From Sarea resinae (taxonomy: Eukaryota): a stretch of DNA of 64,000 nt. Below are positions 37,212 through 47,951 of the stretch, piece by piece (the stretch's first letter is position 1; each line of letters starts with the position of its first letter). Under the pieces are notes generated by a model. The model had not been told where the DNA came from. It saw nothing but the letters and a program-made list of their open reading frames with translations, and ran no database searches. Both the position numbers and the translations under genes were made by a program. Location of the stretch: assembly GCA_026026165.1 (NCBI GenBank), contig JAPEUD010000073.1, positions 1 to 64,000 on the forward strand. The letters run 5' to 3'.

Positions 37212-40200
37212 CTAAGCCTTCCAGCCCAAGGGACTCGGTCCGCGGACGGCAGTCGCGGTCGTGGGACTGGGCAGAGACAGGGGCAGATCGCGAGTGCTGG
37301 CGCTTCCACTGTTGCTGCCGCTGATGCTCGCACTACCGCTCGCGCTGGCGCTGGCGCTACCCTCGCTCTGGTGTCGGATCTTCTCTCTCTCTCGCTCGGC
37401 CTGCAGGGCTTCGGAGGAAGAATCGTGGAGGGACGTCGAGGGCGAGGGGAGTCGGGGGGCGCCGATCGGGCCGTGGAGTTGGGGCGCCACGGCGGCCGTT
37501 GGGGGGCTGAAGTGGTGGTGATAGTGATGGTTGTTATTGCTGATGGCACTGAAGGGGTTGTGGTGGCTATGGTTGTTACCACCGTTGTGATGGTGGTGAT
37601 GCTCGTGGTGGTGATGATGATGGTGCTGGTGGTGATGGTGAGGCGAGGGTGCGTCGTCTGAGAAATCGGTAAAGCCGCTGACATTCGAGAGCATGGAGCT
37701 CGATCTACCTCTGCTTTCACGGTAAGGCGAGTCTGGTTTCAGCGAGGCCGCAGGAGCTGAAGCCGAGGGTTGGGTCTGAGCCTGAGCCTGAGTCGTCGGA
37801 ACCTGCGAGACTTGTGCCGACGGTAGCGCACCAAATGCTGGGAACTGAAAACCAAAACTCCCCCGCGTGGGTGCAGCGGCGGCAGGAATTCCAACTTCAG
37901 GAGTAGACGTCGTGGGGCTGTGGTTGTTCATCTGCTGCTGTTGGGCGGCAAAGGCGACTTCCAGCTGATGGATATGTTGCCATGCCTGCTGGCTCCGAAA
38001 TTGGGTATCTTGGGTTTGGCGTCCAAAGGTATTGATCTGCTCGATGAATTGCTGCTCCGTCTGTTGGCGCTCGGCTTCCTTAGCGGCCGCCTCGGCGATC
38101 CGGCGTTCCTTCTCGTCCGTACCCTGAGCGTTGGCCGAAGTGATGCGATTGTGCTGCTCGTCGAGTCTCGTGTGGCGCGTCTGAAGACGATCGCGCTTCT
38201 GCTGGGCGGTCGAAGCTTCGGACTGGACAGACGAAACTTGGCGGTCGGCTTGAAGTTTGGCTTCGGTGTATTCGTTGCGGGCGGCGGATTGATGATGCTT
38301 TTCCTGCTCCCAGATCGCCTTACTAGTTTTCCACTCCTCGACATCTTCTTCAGGAACGCTTCCCATGGCTTCAATCTGTGAAGATATAGACGCCGCGGCT
38401 TCTTCGGCCTGACGGATATGCTGTGTGATTTGCAGGACCCGCTGTCTTAATCTATCGTCTCCACTCCCAGAACTACCGAGACGGGAACTGTAATTCTCAA
38501 CTTCGCGCTTCAACGCGGTGCTGGAGGACTTGTGCTCTTTGCGAGAGCGCTTCAGACGAGCGCGGGAATCGTTAAGCCTTGACTCGGCAGCGGCATTGGA
38601 ATTCTTAAGGGTGGTTGTTGGCGAAGACGGTCGAAGGGACTGATGGATGGCAGGTGTCGGGACGGATGTTGCTAATACCATGAGTCAAAAATGATGCATT
38701 CTGAGGGGGGTAAACATACTCTGCTCTGCTGTAGGAGCGGGAGATGTGGTGATACTCGCAGAGTAGATCACCTCGTCATCCGCACTCCTGATAAACTCGC
38801 AACAGTAACTTGTCAATGCCGTCAGACCGAAAATCTCCCCCGCCCACTGATCGGTGGGTATCCGCTTCCCGTCCTCTTGCCCCTGATATTTGCAGATCCT
38901 GGTCGATGCCCAATCCGCCCCGTTAACACGTACGTAAAACGGCTTAGATTTGTCGATACCGGTGCTCACGTTTAGAAAAGAAGCAGTACCATCGCGAAGG
39001 CTCTGGTTGCCCGATGAAAAATAACTTGTGTTGAAATAAACCTCCGTCGAACCGACGTGCGTAACCCAGACACGACCCTCCTCCAAATCAAACGGCGCGC
39101 TTCCAAGATTGTTGACATCTGTTGCTTTGGACCCTGCCGCTTCTGCTGTGGCCTGCGATTGCTCATACTCTTTCAAGACAATCACCTTCGTACTCGCCAG
39201 TGCAGCCCAAAAAGGCTGTTGACTCCTGACATGCGTTGCTTGTTTTCGTTTTTTCTTCCCACTGGACATTTTTTCTTTTCCATCTTTGACCGTAGGGTTC
39301 GGTGCCGAAACTTGCCCGTCAGCGTTCGAGTTGGCCATGTCATTGCTTGAATCGGCCGCAGCATAATTGCCCGATTGACCTTGAGAGGCGGCGGCGGCGG
39401 CGGCCTCTGGATCGGTCCTTTTTCCGGATGAGCTTGGCGGAGCCATTTCGCGCTTCGAGATCCACCGCCTAACCATCCGAACCACACCTTGTGTCAAAAT
39501 ATGAACGGCCAGTATACTCTGAACCCAGCCGCTAGTTGTCCTAATGGCATCGTGATGGAAGTCAGGCAGCCGTGGTAATAACTTGAATGCTGCCGAGGGC
39601 GATCCAGAGGTGAGTGATAATATGAAGCTGAGCCCATAGCGCCGGAAGTCCTTGCGGCGGATAAGATGTGACAGACCAATGATAGCAACACAAAGCACGG
39701 TGCTGTTGGATCCGCCACCTTTACCCGTATATCCACCTCCGAGAGATATCGCAATGACAGCCTGTGCTAGGTCGAGGGCGAAACTTTGCGCTGGCGCCCA
39801 CAAAAACAGCCAGAAGATCAAGAACACGATGTCGGCAATGACTATAGTAGCTAGTGACGGGGTCCCACCGGAGCCTTGAAAGATGTCGTTCAGAGAGGGA
39901 ACAGAAGAGATGGATGAGCCCGACGGTGGAACGAATGTGAGAGTGGTGAAGAGAAAGTGAGTAATGGTGAGGAAGGCCGGAGGGAGTTGAAGAAGGATGA
40001 TCAGGATGGCAATAGTATCCCCCAGCGGACAGGATCTCAGCACAGTAGACGCGAGCGACATGGTTCCAATATCGTGAACGGCAGGGTTCTTGGTCGCGTT
40101 GACATCGATCCTTCGATGGGGCTGTCCCTCGACGCCGTTGGCCATCCTCGAGTCGCCCTGGTAGGCTTCAGCACCGTCCGAGGACCCGTCCGAGCACCTC

Positions 40201-40484
40201 CTCCCACTTCCGTCTGGCCCCAACTTCCCAGCCCCGAGCATGTGCACGTCTGCCAATGATCCGTTCGAACCATCTCCAGACGCATGTTGTATTGGAACGG
40301 GTTGGGTCGAGGCCGGGGTCGAAGGGCGGGAAGCGCAAGAGACCGGTTGCCCGTTCGGGGCCCCATTCAGCAATCCATTCGACTTCTGCTTCCGGATCCG
40401 CTTTCCTGGAGCCGCAAGGCCGTTCTCGTGGCGGGAGCTGTGCTGATTCGCGCTTTGCTTCTTCGCTGCGGAGCTTCGTGTCAT
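37212..40484 (-). CDS. acrB: AcrB-like membrane / coiled-coil protein (Aspergillus 'ubiquitination network signaling protein acrB' family)
   Basis: Exons 40484-38720, 38671-37212. MTRSSAAKK..RHENGL..GKRIRKQKSNG, CPLGDTIAILIILLQLPP, QPFWAALASTK, FYVRVNGADW, then coiled coil; recognised from memory of the Aspergillus protein. Confidence 0.75.
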
Positions 40485-41050
40485 GGGCAGTCCGCGATTC
40501 CCGACGCACGCAGTCCCAAGCCAGCCCGACGAGACGAGGCAAGACGGGCCAACTGTGAGAGGGATGAAGGCGGGGAGGTGGGAGAGAGAGATCCTCGCCG
40601 GAGGATCGAGGAAGAGGTGTTGATACTCACCAGAACGTCTCCTCGGGGTGAGAAGAGTGAGAAGGGTTTGATTGAATGGGGAGATTGTGGGGAAGATCAC
40701 AGATTGGCGCAAATCTTGACGCTGTGTCGAAGTGCAGGAAGTCGAACAACGACGTTGGATGACTAAGCCACTCTAAGCTTCACTCTACTCCGGAGTAGTG
40801 AGAGAGGAGAAAGTACAGCGTGCAACCTTAATTGTCTGAAGGTGAAGCGGGTAAGACGGCGGGGTTGGACCACGAATCTGACGGATCAAGGATCTACGAC
40901 AATATGCATGATTCTACACATGATGAGGGTTGATCTACAGAAGATGGCAAATCAATCAATCAATCGATCAACCACCCCTTCAATCGACCAGAACCGGTCC
41001 ATGATCTGTTCGCCAGGACGACGAATGCATCTCCAGCGCGGTGCAAAGGG

Positions 41051-41132
41051 AAGAGGAGAGAAGAGAAGAGAGAAGAGAAGAGAGAAGAGGAGAGGAGAGG
41101 AGAGGAGAGGAGAGGAGAGGAGAGCAGAGGAG
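41051..41132. repeat. Polypurine (GAGAA/GAGAG)n tract upstream of acrB
   Basis: Tandem pentamers; CT-rich on the acrB sense strand. Confidence 0.85.
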
Positions 41133-41777
41133 AGCGTTGTCGATCATCTTCAATCCCGCTCCTCCCTCTTTCCTCTTTCGTCCTTCCCTCGACAGTAACC
41201 GGGAGAGGCTTCGGCTTCGGTAAAATGATACCAATAAGGCATGCAATCCTCCATATTGACATGCAACCATGACCATTCGAGTAAGCCTCCTGCGTAGAGT
41301 CGGTGTGACAACGAGGGGAATCGACCAAATCGGAATGTGTCACCATTGATGTGCAGCATTCGAGATGGTGACCGTCTACTATGTAGTAGGTCTACAGCGA
41401 GTACAGCGTCAACAATCACGAGGGAACGCCTGCTACCTGCATTCCCTGATGCATCATCTTCTTTTCGCGAGTACCATGTAGAGTGAAAATGCATCATGCA
41501 CGACCTGCCCATTGTCCAATACCTTTCTTTGAGCGTTACCTTGCAAAGCACGGGAGTTCTCGATCACCATCCAATCCCTCCAGCCTGGTGTCTATGTATG
41601 GGTGCCCACGATCCAGAGTCTGATCCAACGCTCGACATGCCGCTTCCTAACCCATGTCCCGGAGAGAATTTGTCATCTTTCGTCGTCGAGAAAAGTGCAC
41701 ACGGTCCATCGTCTGATACCATAACTCATCCATGGCATCATGAGGTTGCGCGGCGGTGCTGCCTTGTGCTCCAGCAC

Positions 41778-42945
41778 TCAAGTGCCAGCGCTGCCAAAAT
41801 CTTCCCTTGCATCCTCTCTGTCCCAAGTCTCCTTCTCCAATACTTCGACGCGTGCCATCAAATCTGCAATCCTCTCCTGTCCGTGCTTCTTGGCTTCTTC
41901 TTGCAACTCAAAGGTCTCCTTGAATCTGTCGACCATGAAAGGCTTCAGAGGTATTTTTTTCATCTGCCGATAATCGTACAAGACATTGTCCTCGACACAT
42001 CTCGCTGCAGCTCGTTGATGGAGTTCCGATAAGATGATAACGTCAAGTATGAACGAATCGTCAGTCGAGGAGGGAGATGAGCGGAGCTTGTGGTAAACGG
42101 AGATATGATCAGGGTAAGTTATTGCCTGCCTTATCCATTACTGATTGGCCCTGTAGCGTTTAGTAGGAGGTAAGATTCGCACAAATTTGAAGTCTGTACG
42201 GATGCTGCGCATTATTAAGCCACTGTCACGAGGAGTCCAGAGTGCGCTCCATTCCCGCTGGTGCTCACGGTCTATGTAGATGGCGAAATTTCGAGCCCAA
42301 TTGACACGTGCCGATTCGGCATAACGCACGTAATTCACGTTGTTGACGTGACCTTTATACCAGAATTAGAGCTTCTTATATCCAGAATCGTCATGGAAAC
42401 GATGTTATACCCTTATATAGAATTTAGCTGATCGAGAAAATGCAGACGCCTTTGTGCGCGCAAACAGGTGGGGTCAGCCTTACCATTGAATCCTAAAATG
42501 TAGTATTGTGAGCATTGTCAGCGGCCAGTTGCTTGAATCTTCAAAAAGCATATCCTCTTTTCGGAGATGCTATAGGTAGTAGGCCTACCATCTCACCCCA
42601 CACGACACTCTGTCTGTATAAACCCTCTCGTCCCTTGCTCGTGAGGAAGCCTTCGCTGCCTGCGACTAACTCTCTCCAATCTCGTGCTATTACTTGAAGT
42701 ACACTCCCCGCCTCTTCGACCTGTTTCGGGTTGAGACCAAACGTGATGCATTTACCTATACGATGCTTCAACTCCGAAAGCCAACGGGGATTCAGATTAG
42801 CGGCCAACGGTTTGGCGGGGCCAGCGTTCAATGGCAGTATGGCGGTTGTGGAGAAGGCGTGCCTGTTCGCAACAGCGGTTCGAAGGGCACCTCTGGTTGG
42901 TGGAGCCAGGCACAGCAGCCTTCGGGACAAGTGCTGTAGTGGCAT
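41778..42945 (-). CDS. Mitochondrial hotdog-fold (4HBT-like) acyl-CoA thioesterase family protein
   Basis: Proposed exons 42945-42589, 42492-42484 (9 nt), 42411 (1 nt), 42352-42183, 42125-41778. This gives presequence + VVWGEMDSMGHVNNVNYVRYAESARVNW..IMRSIRTDFKFAITYPDHISVYHKL. Confidence 0.82.
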
Positions 42946-43346
42946 CGTCAAAGACCCAATCCAAGCAAGTGAAGTAGGCGAATGTGAAGATTGAATGGAG
43001 AGCGGTGAGTATCTCTTTATCGATATATCGAATGGCAGCCTCGGCCTCGGGGCTCGCAGTGTACGCCGGAGCTCGGGTAAACAAAGGCCCCGTCATCGAC
43101 AACATTGGATGCGCCCGACGGAAGACGAAACCGACTCCCGCCCGAGTTCGATACCCGGGCGTGGACCGCGGCGTGAGAAGTGACGCATTCGAGCATCCCG
43201 TCGGGTGCTGTGTTTAGCACCCACTTACCTACCTCCTTGTCTACATAAGGCGTCATTTTTATCCATATTCCTCTGCCGTCAGGCTCAATGCATCATCCTT
43301 CTCGGGATTTCATGTCTGATCTTTCATGATCCGGGCCAGACAAACT

Positions 43347-43791
43347 ATGTCCCAGTCTTCAAGTCTGCGTCATCAGGTCATCAAGATCTATAAAGGTAAT
43401 GGCAATGACCACTTAACCATTATATAGAGCGTTCGCCCAATCTCATATCTGACACCGTTGCCCATAGAGTTATTATACCTGGGCCGCGAATATCCCTTAG
43501 GATATGAATACTTTCGCCCACGGTTGCACAAAGCCTTCGCAAGCCAGGCAAATCTCACAGACGAAGAGAAGATAAAGACGGGCATTCGGCGGGCAGAGTT
43601 TGTCAAAAAAGGTCGGTGCATTTGCTGGCGACGGCCTCACGAAAATATTCTGACGAGAAACTTCAGAGATCGAGGCTCTGTAATCCACTACCGCATCTAC
43701 CGTATGATACAAGGTATAGGACTGAGCAATTGTGTACAGATACTACTTGAAGCGTTATCGGACCCTGCGTCAACGCTATGACAAGCCATAA
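43347..43791 (+). CDS. LYR-motif protein, LYRM5/ETFRF1-like (ETF regulatory factor)
   Basis: Exons 43347-43395, 43468-43611, 43667-43679 (13 nt), 43740-43791: [67 protein letters not shown]. Confidence 0.88.
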
Positions 43792-43895
43792 TTAAGCCTC
43801 TAAAGTCGTGAGATTCCTGGTCTAAACAATCAAATAACGCCATATTCATTACATCCTCTGTGACTGTCGACGTTTTCATCAGATAGTTTTGATCA

Positions 43896-45047
43896 TCACC
43901 AGGCGCGTTTCCGTCCCCACCAAGCGCCAATTTCCAGGCATTCTCCAGCAACGCCTGTCCCGGTATTGCCCCATAAATCGTGCATCATGCCGGACCACCA
44001 TCGATCCCATTCGTCCTGGCTCTTCCCGGCCGCTTCTTTGAGCACTGGCTCCAAGCTCTCGATCATTTGCACAACGGCTAGTAAAGAGGTCCGTCTCAAG
44101 GCAGCTTGATCGGCAGTCAGTCCTTTACCCCCTGCCTGTATACTGTCGCGCTCCCAAGTCATCTGGCCAAGTGGAACCGCTATCCTTCGGTTCCTTAGCT
44201 CCTTGAGTTCGTCCATTTCCTGTAGAAATATAGGCCCAACTAAAGCGCAAGGACAGGACGATAGTCTTCGTTTCTCGAGGGCCTTTTGCATCCAATCGCT
44301 ATATTCTCGTAGAAAGGGATTTTGCGCCGCCGTAAAAGGTGTTTGAGAGGAGATCGTAAAGGTGCCCGTAGCATCGGCATGCCACTGTTCCTCCTCGACC
44401 AGGTTAGGAGCTGGAGACGGCTGTGTCCGAATTGTTCGGATGATATGGTCCGACTCCCACACTTCTAGTACTCCTTCGGGTCTCAAGATGCGCAAAAACT
44501 CATCAATCAACGGTTGCCAGCTTGCTCCCGGCGGCACACATTGGCTAAGACCTTTCACGAAGACCAGATCAAAGTCTTCATCCACAAATGGAAAAGGTAG
44601 ATCTCGCAAGTCATGTTGCACAAATCTCCAATCGATGCCTTGATCTCGCAAGTCTGGTGCCAATGGTGCCATGTCCATGCCGGTGAAGGAGATGTTGGTG
44701 TGTCCCAGCTTTTTGAAGTAGTCGTGACATGCCGAAGTCCACAAGCCAGTCCCACATATCACTTCCAGGACCTTCTTGGGCGGATTGGTCCGTAGAGACG
44801 GTGCACATATGGGGACACCGAAAACGTTCGTCAATAAGATAGTGCGGAGATTCTGCCGGTGTAATTCCACGAGGTCGCAAGGAAGAGGGTAAGGAATGGT
44901 GGAATCGCGGAGAAAGCGACGGCCATTGCGAAGCACGTAGGAGGGGTGATGATGTTCAGGAACAAGACCAAGAACGGTGGTCCTGCTGGAGGATTGACTG
45001 GACGGTGCCGAATTGATCGCACGTGCCGCCGGTTTGTTTTGCATCAT
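43896..45047 (-). CDS. SAM-dependent methyltransferase-like protein (LaeA-like class I fold)
   Basis: NGRRFLRD..YPLPCDLVELHRQ, VLEVICGTGLW, FTGMDMAPL, FVQHDL..PFVDEDFDLVF, RILRPEGVLEVWE. Confidence 0.82.
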   Translation of the reverse strand: MMQNKPAARAINSAPSSQSSSRTTVLGLVPEHHHPSYVLRNGRRFLRDSTIPYPLPCDLVELHRQNLRTILLTNVFGVPICAPSLRTNPPKKVLEVICGTGLWTSACHDYFKKLGHTNISFTGMDMAPLAPDLRDQGIDWRFVQHDLRDLPFPFVDEDFDLVFVKGLSQCVPPGASWQPLIDEFLRILRPEGVLEVWESDHIIRTIRTQPSPAPNLVEEEQWHADATGTFTISSQTPFTAAQNPFLREYSDWMQKALEKRRLSSCPCALVGPIFLQEMDELKELRNRRIAVPLGQMTWERDSIQAGGKGLTADQAALRRTSLLAVVQMIESLEPVLKEAAGKSQDEWDRWWSGMMHDLWGNTGTGVAGECLEIGAWWGRKRAW

Positions 45048-47951
45048 GGTGGCATCCTCGCTCGGCTCTTTCTCTGTTGATGGAAGCTTGGCTCACGAGG
45101 AGGCTCGCTCTTCGCTTTCGCCTTCACAACAGGGGGAGGCAGAGGAGGATGAGTATGGGGGGGGGGGGGGTTTGTGGTTGATGACAGCAGCGATTCTCAC
45201 GGTCTGGGAGTTCCTGGGGAGGGATGGAGCGTGTGGAGGACAGAACGTCCCATCACTTTTACAATTACATTGGGACCGAAACAACAATCATGCCCACTTG
45301 AGACACCATGCCCTAGAATGGCATCCTTTTTTTTCGCTCTCAATTTTTTTTTCCGCCTTTGAGCAGGGAAGGACGGCTCTCTCGGTAACTACCCTCCCTC
45401 AGGAATAGAGCATGCGGGTAGGCGGCTTCAGGAGCAAACGGGGCCCAGGTATGCGGAGTCCCTACCCAGTCATAGCAGGCATAGCGGGCAAAGCGGGCTG
45501 CAGCAGACATCATGCTCCTCGGCACTGGGCGAGAAGAGCTTCGGCATGACAGGAGAGCAAGGCGTGCCGTGGAAGGCGGAGTAAGGCATGGTACCGTCCG
45601 GGTATGCGCACACAACAGCATGAATGGGATGAAACGTCTGATTGTGTAACGGAAATCTTGCGTGTGGTGGTGTTACTCAACAAGATCAGTTCGATTAGTT
45701 CGATTAGTTCGAGACCATGTCGATGAATGGCCGCAACATGCAGGACGGCCTGGGATGTGATCTGGGTGTGATTTGATCGCTTGGCGCCGCAGAAGACCGT
45801 CCCCGCCGGTCCCAGCCATGTACGGCGGACGGTACAAAGGGAAAGTTGACGGCCCTGGAGAGGGCCAAGGAAACCAGTGGAAGCCCTGGAGGCCCAAGGA
45901 TCTCCAGAACCGGCCTAGGAGTCTTGTCCACTCCGTAGAAGCTTGAACTTTGGATGCCTCGGGGCTCCCGCTCCTTTCGTGTCCGCCTAAAAAGACAGCG
46001 ACAGGAGCCAAGAATTGCACTCGACGTCTGGCGGTGGGTGGGAGGTGTGTACCTTACTCTACTCCGTACTGGTACTGCAGCAAGACCCAGCTAGGGCCAA
46101 GGGGACTTGCTGTTCGTTTAATCATCTCTGGGGTGGAGGGGAATTCCGCGCGACGATCTCCGCCGACTCCCCCCCCGAAATGATCCCCCTACTATCCCTG
46201 GCTCGACTCGGCCGAGAGCTACGCAGTACGATGGAGGAGAAGTCCAAGTACCTGCTCTGCCGCTACGAACGGTGTGGAAAGTAAGTTCCAAGGTGCCTAC
46301 GCCGAGTACTCCGTAGTCCTACTACATAGTACGTAGGCGGCATGGATGGTGCGTACCTCCTGGGCCGTCCCATGCTCAGTTCAACCTTGAAAGGCTCGGC
46401 CATTACATGGATTGAGCATGTCGATGCGGCATGAGAACAGGAGAGTCGACATGGTCGGAGTGAAGGGAAGCAAAAGCAATGGAGTATGGAGAAGATTTCC
46501 CCTACTAACCTAGTGCTATCTGGTTTTAACTTCGTGCCAGTTAGCTGTAGTAGATGCAGCTGCAGCCGCACACGCGCGCGGGGAGGCGGGACGGGCAAAT
46601 GTTGTGACAGCAGGTCGAATCGTCCCGCTGACGCACCTTGGTAAATCTGGAGTTGTGATATGCAGACCCATGCCATCTCTAAAACATAACATTTGATGCT
46701 TCTGTATGTTGTTTGCTGTATGCTGTATCCGTGACCGGGTAAGGCTTTTCTGGTGTTTTCCGCTCCTACGGATAAAGAAACGTCATTGAGGCGTGCTTCA
46801 GCTGCCCAGCCCGGCAGCTAAAGTTATCCTTCGGTAGGGTTCTCTCACAACGCGTTTGCGTTCGGGGTTCTTCAATCTCACCTTGTAGCCGCTGAAGAAT
46901 GAACGGGCACTACCGTATGGCCTCAGGGCTCGCTGAACACCGGATGCCGGAATAGAGAAGGGCTGACAGTAGACCCTAAACTGTACCATATTACCATCAG
47001 GAGAAGCAAAATGCAATTGAGAATCGTCCCTCATTGGATCATACCTAATCGTACCTTGCCCATCCATGGATGGGGGACGTGAATGCGTTATCTGAGTCCT
47101 TGGGCGCCCCTACCGATGTGATACGGAGGCCATTCCCGCCCACAGCGCAGCTGAGTCAGAGAGTTTTCTGCCGCGATCACGTGATAGTCATGTGACGGAA
47201 TGCCTTCCACCTCCTTGAGTCGCAACTCGACCTTCACACAGCAATTCCAAGTTGGCCGGAATTCACGTGACATCTCATCCTCCGACTGTTGGACGTTGAA
47301 CACTTGACGAAAGCGTCTTCATGAGGGTACGCTCTTGCCTCATAGCATCTCCAAGGACCACCATAATCTCAATGATATCTCGCGCACGTTGTCAGGTGCT
47401 ATAGGCCGACCAAGCTATTTGCGTTTGGCGCGTTCAATTCTCCTCGGGTCTGCTAGATCGGTGAGTGGGCATCGCGAGTGTTACAGGTTCGGCTGCTGAG
47501 CCGCCTTTGACCAGCCCACTACAACGTATTGCAGACTAGAGACTCTAACACTGGTCTTGCAGGCAGGTCTCAGAGCTTCACTTGATCAAATCCAAGACAC
47601 CGGACCGTTCTCGACCTTTCTAGAGAGCGACGAGAAGCTGGGCGCCTAGTCAGCAATCGCAATTCCCCGCCGCTCAAACAAGCGCTACGTGCCTTTTTCG
47701 GAGCGATCGCCAGCGCTGGGAGAAAACGCTCCCCCATCTCCTCCGCGGGCAGGGCTCTTTGAAAGCCCTTCACGCTCAGGTCTCGTCCATGCCAGGCAGC
47801 CCGCCGTCGATCCATGTTCAAACGAAGAAGACTGCGGCTCTCATACCTCCCACCACAGACTTAATCCGACCATCGGGCCGCTCACGGCCACGTCACCAGG
47901 GAAACACCTGTTCACGAGCAAACTCTCCGGCTTTCACATCTGCATCATTAG

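Noticed and set aside
42353..42483. Classical [D1,2] or [A2,3] stwintron in the thioesterase gene
   Set aside because: The junction is AG-G-GT, not a shared-G AGT; removing either intron does not rebuild a split donor or acceptor, so a 1-nt exon fits better.
45048..45287. In-frame ORF upstream of the methyltransferase, separated by one TGA (possible readthrough or editing)
   Set aside because: The upstream frame lacks an ATG start (TTG), is low-complexity and includes a poly-C run; the downstream ATG has good context (GCCACCATG).
45400..47900. Short ORFs in the 2.5-kb region upstream of CCR4
   Set aside because: No recognisable protein features or RNA motifs; a hidden gene or lncRNA cannot be excluded without data.
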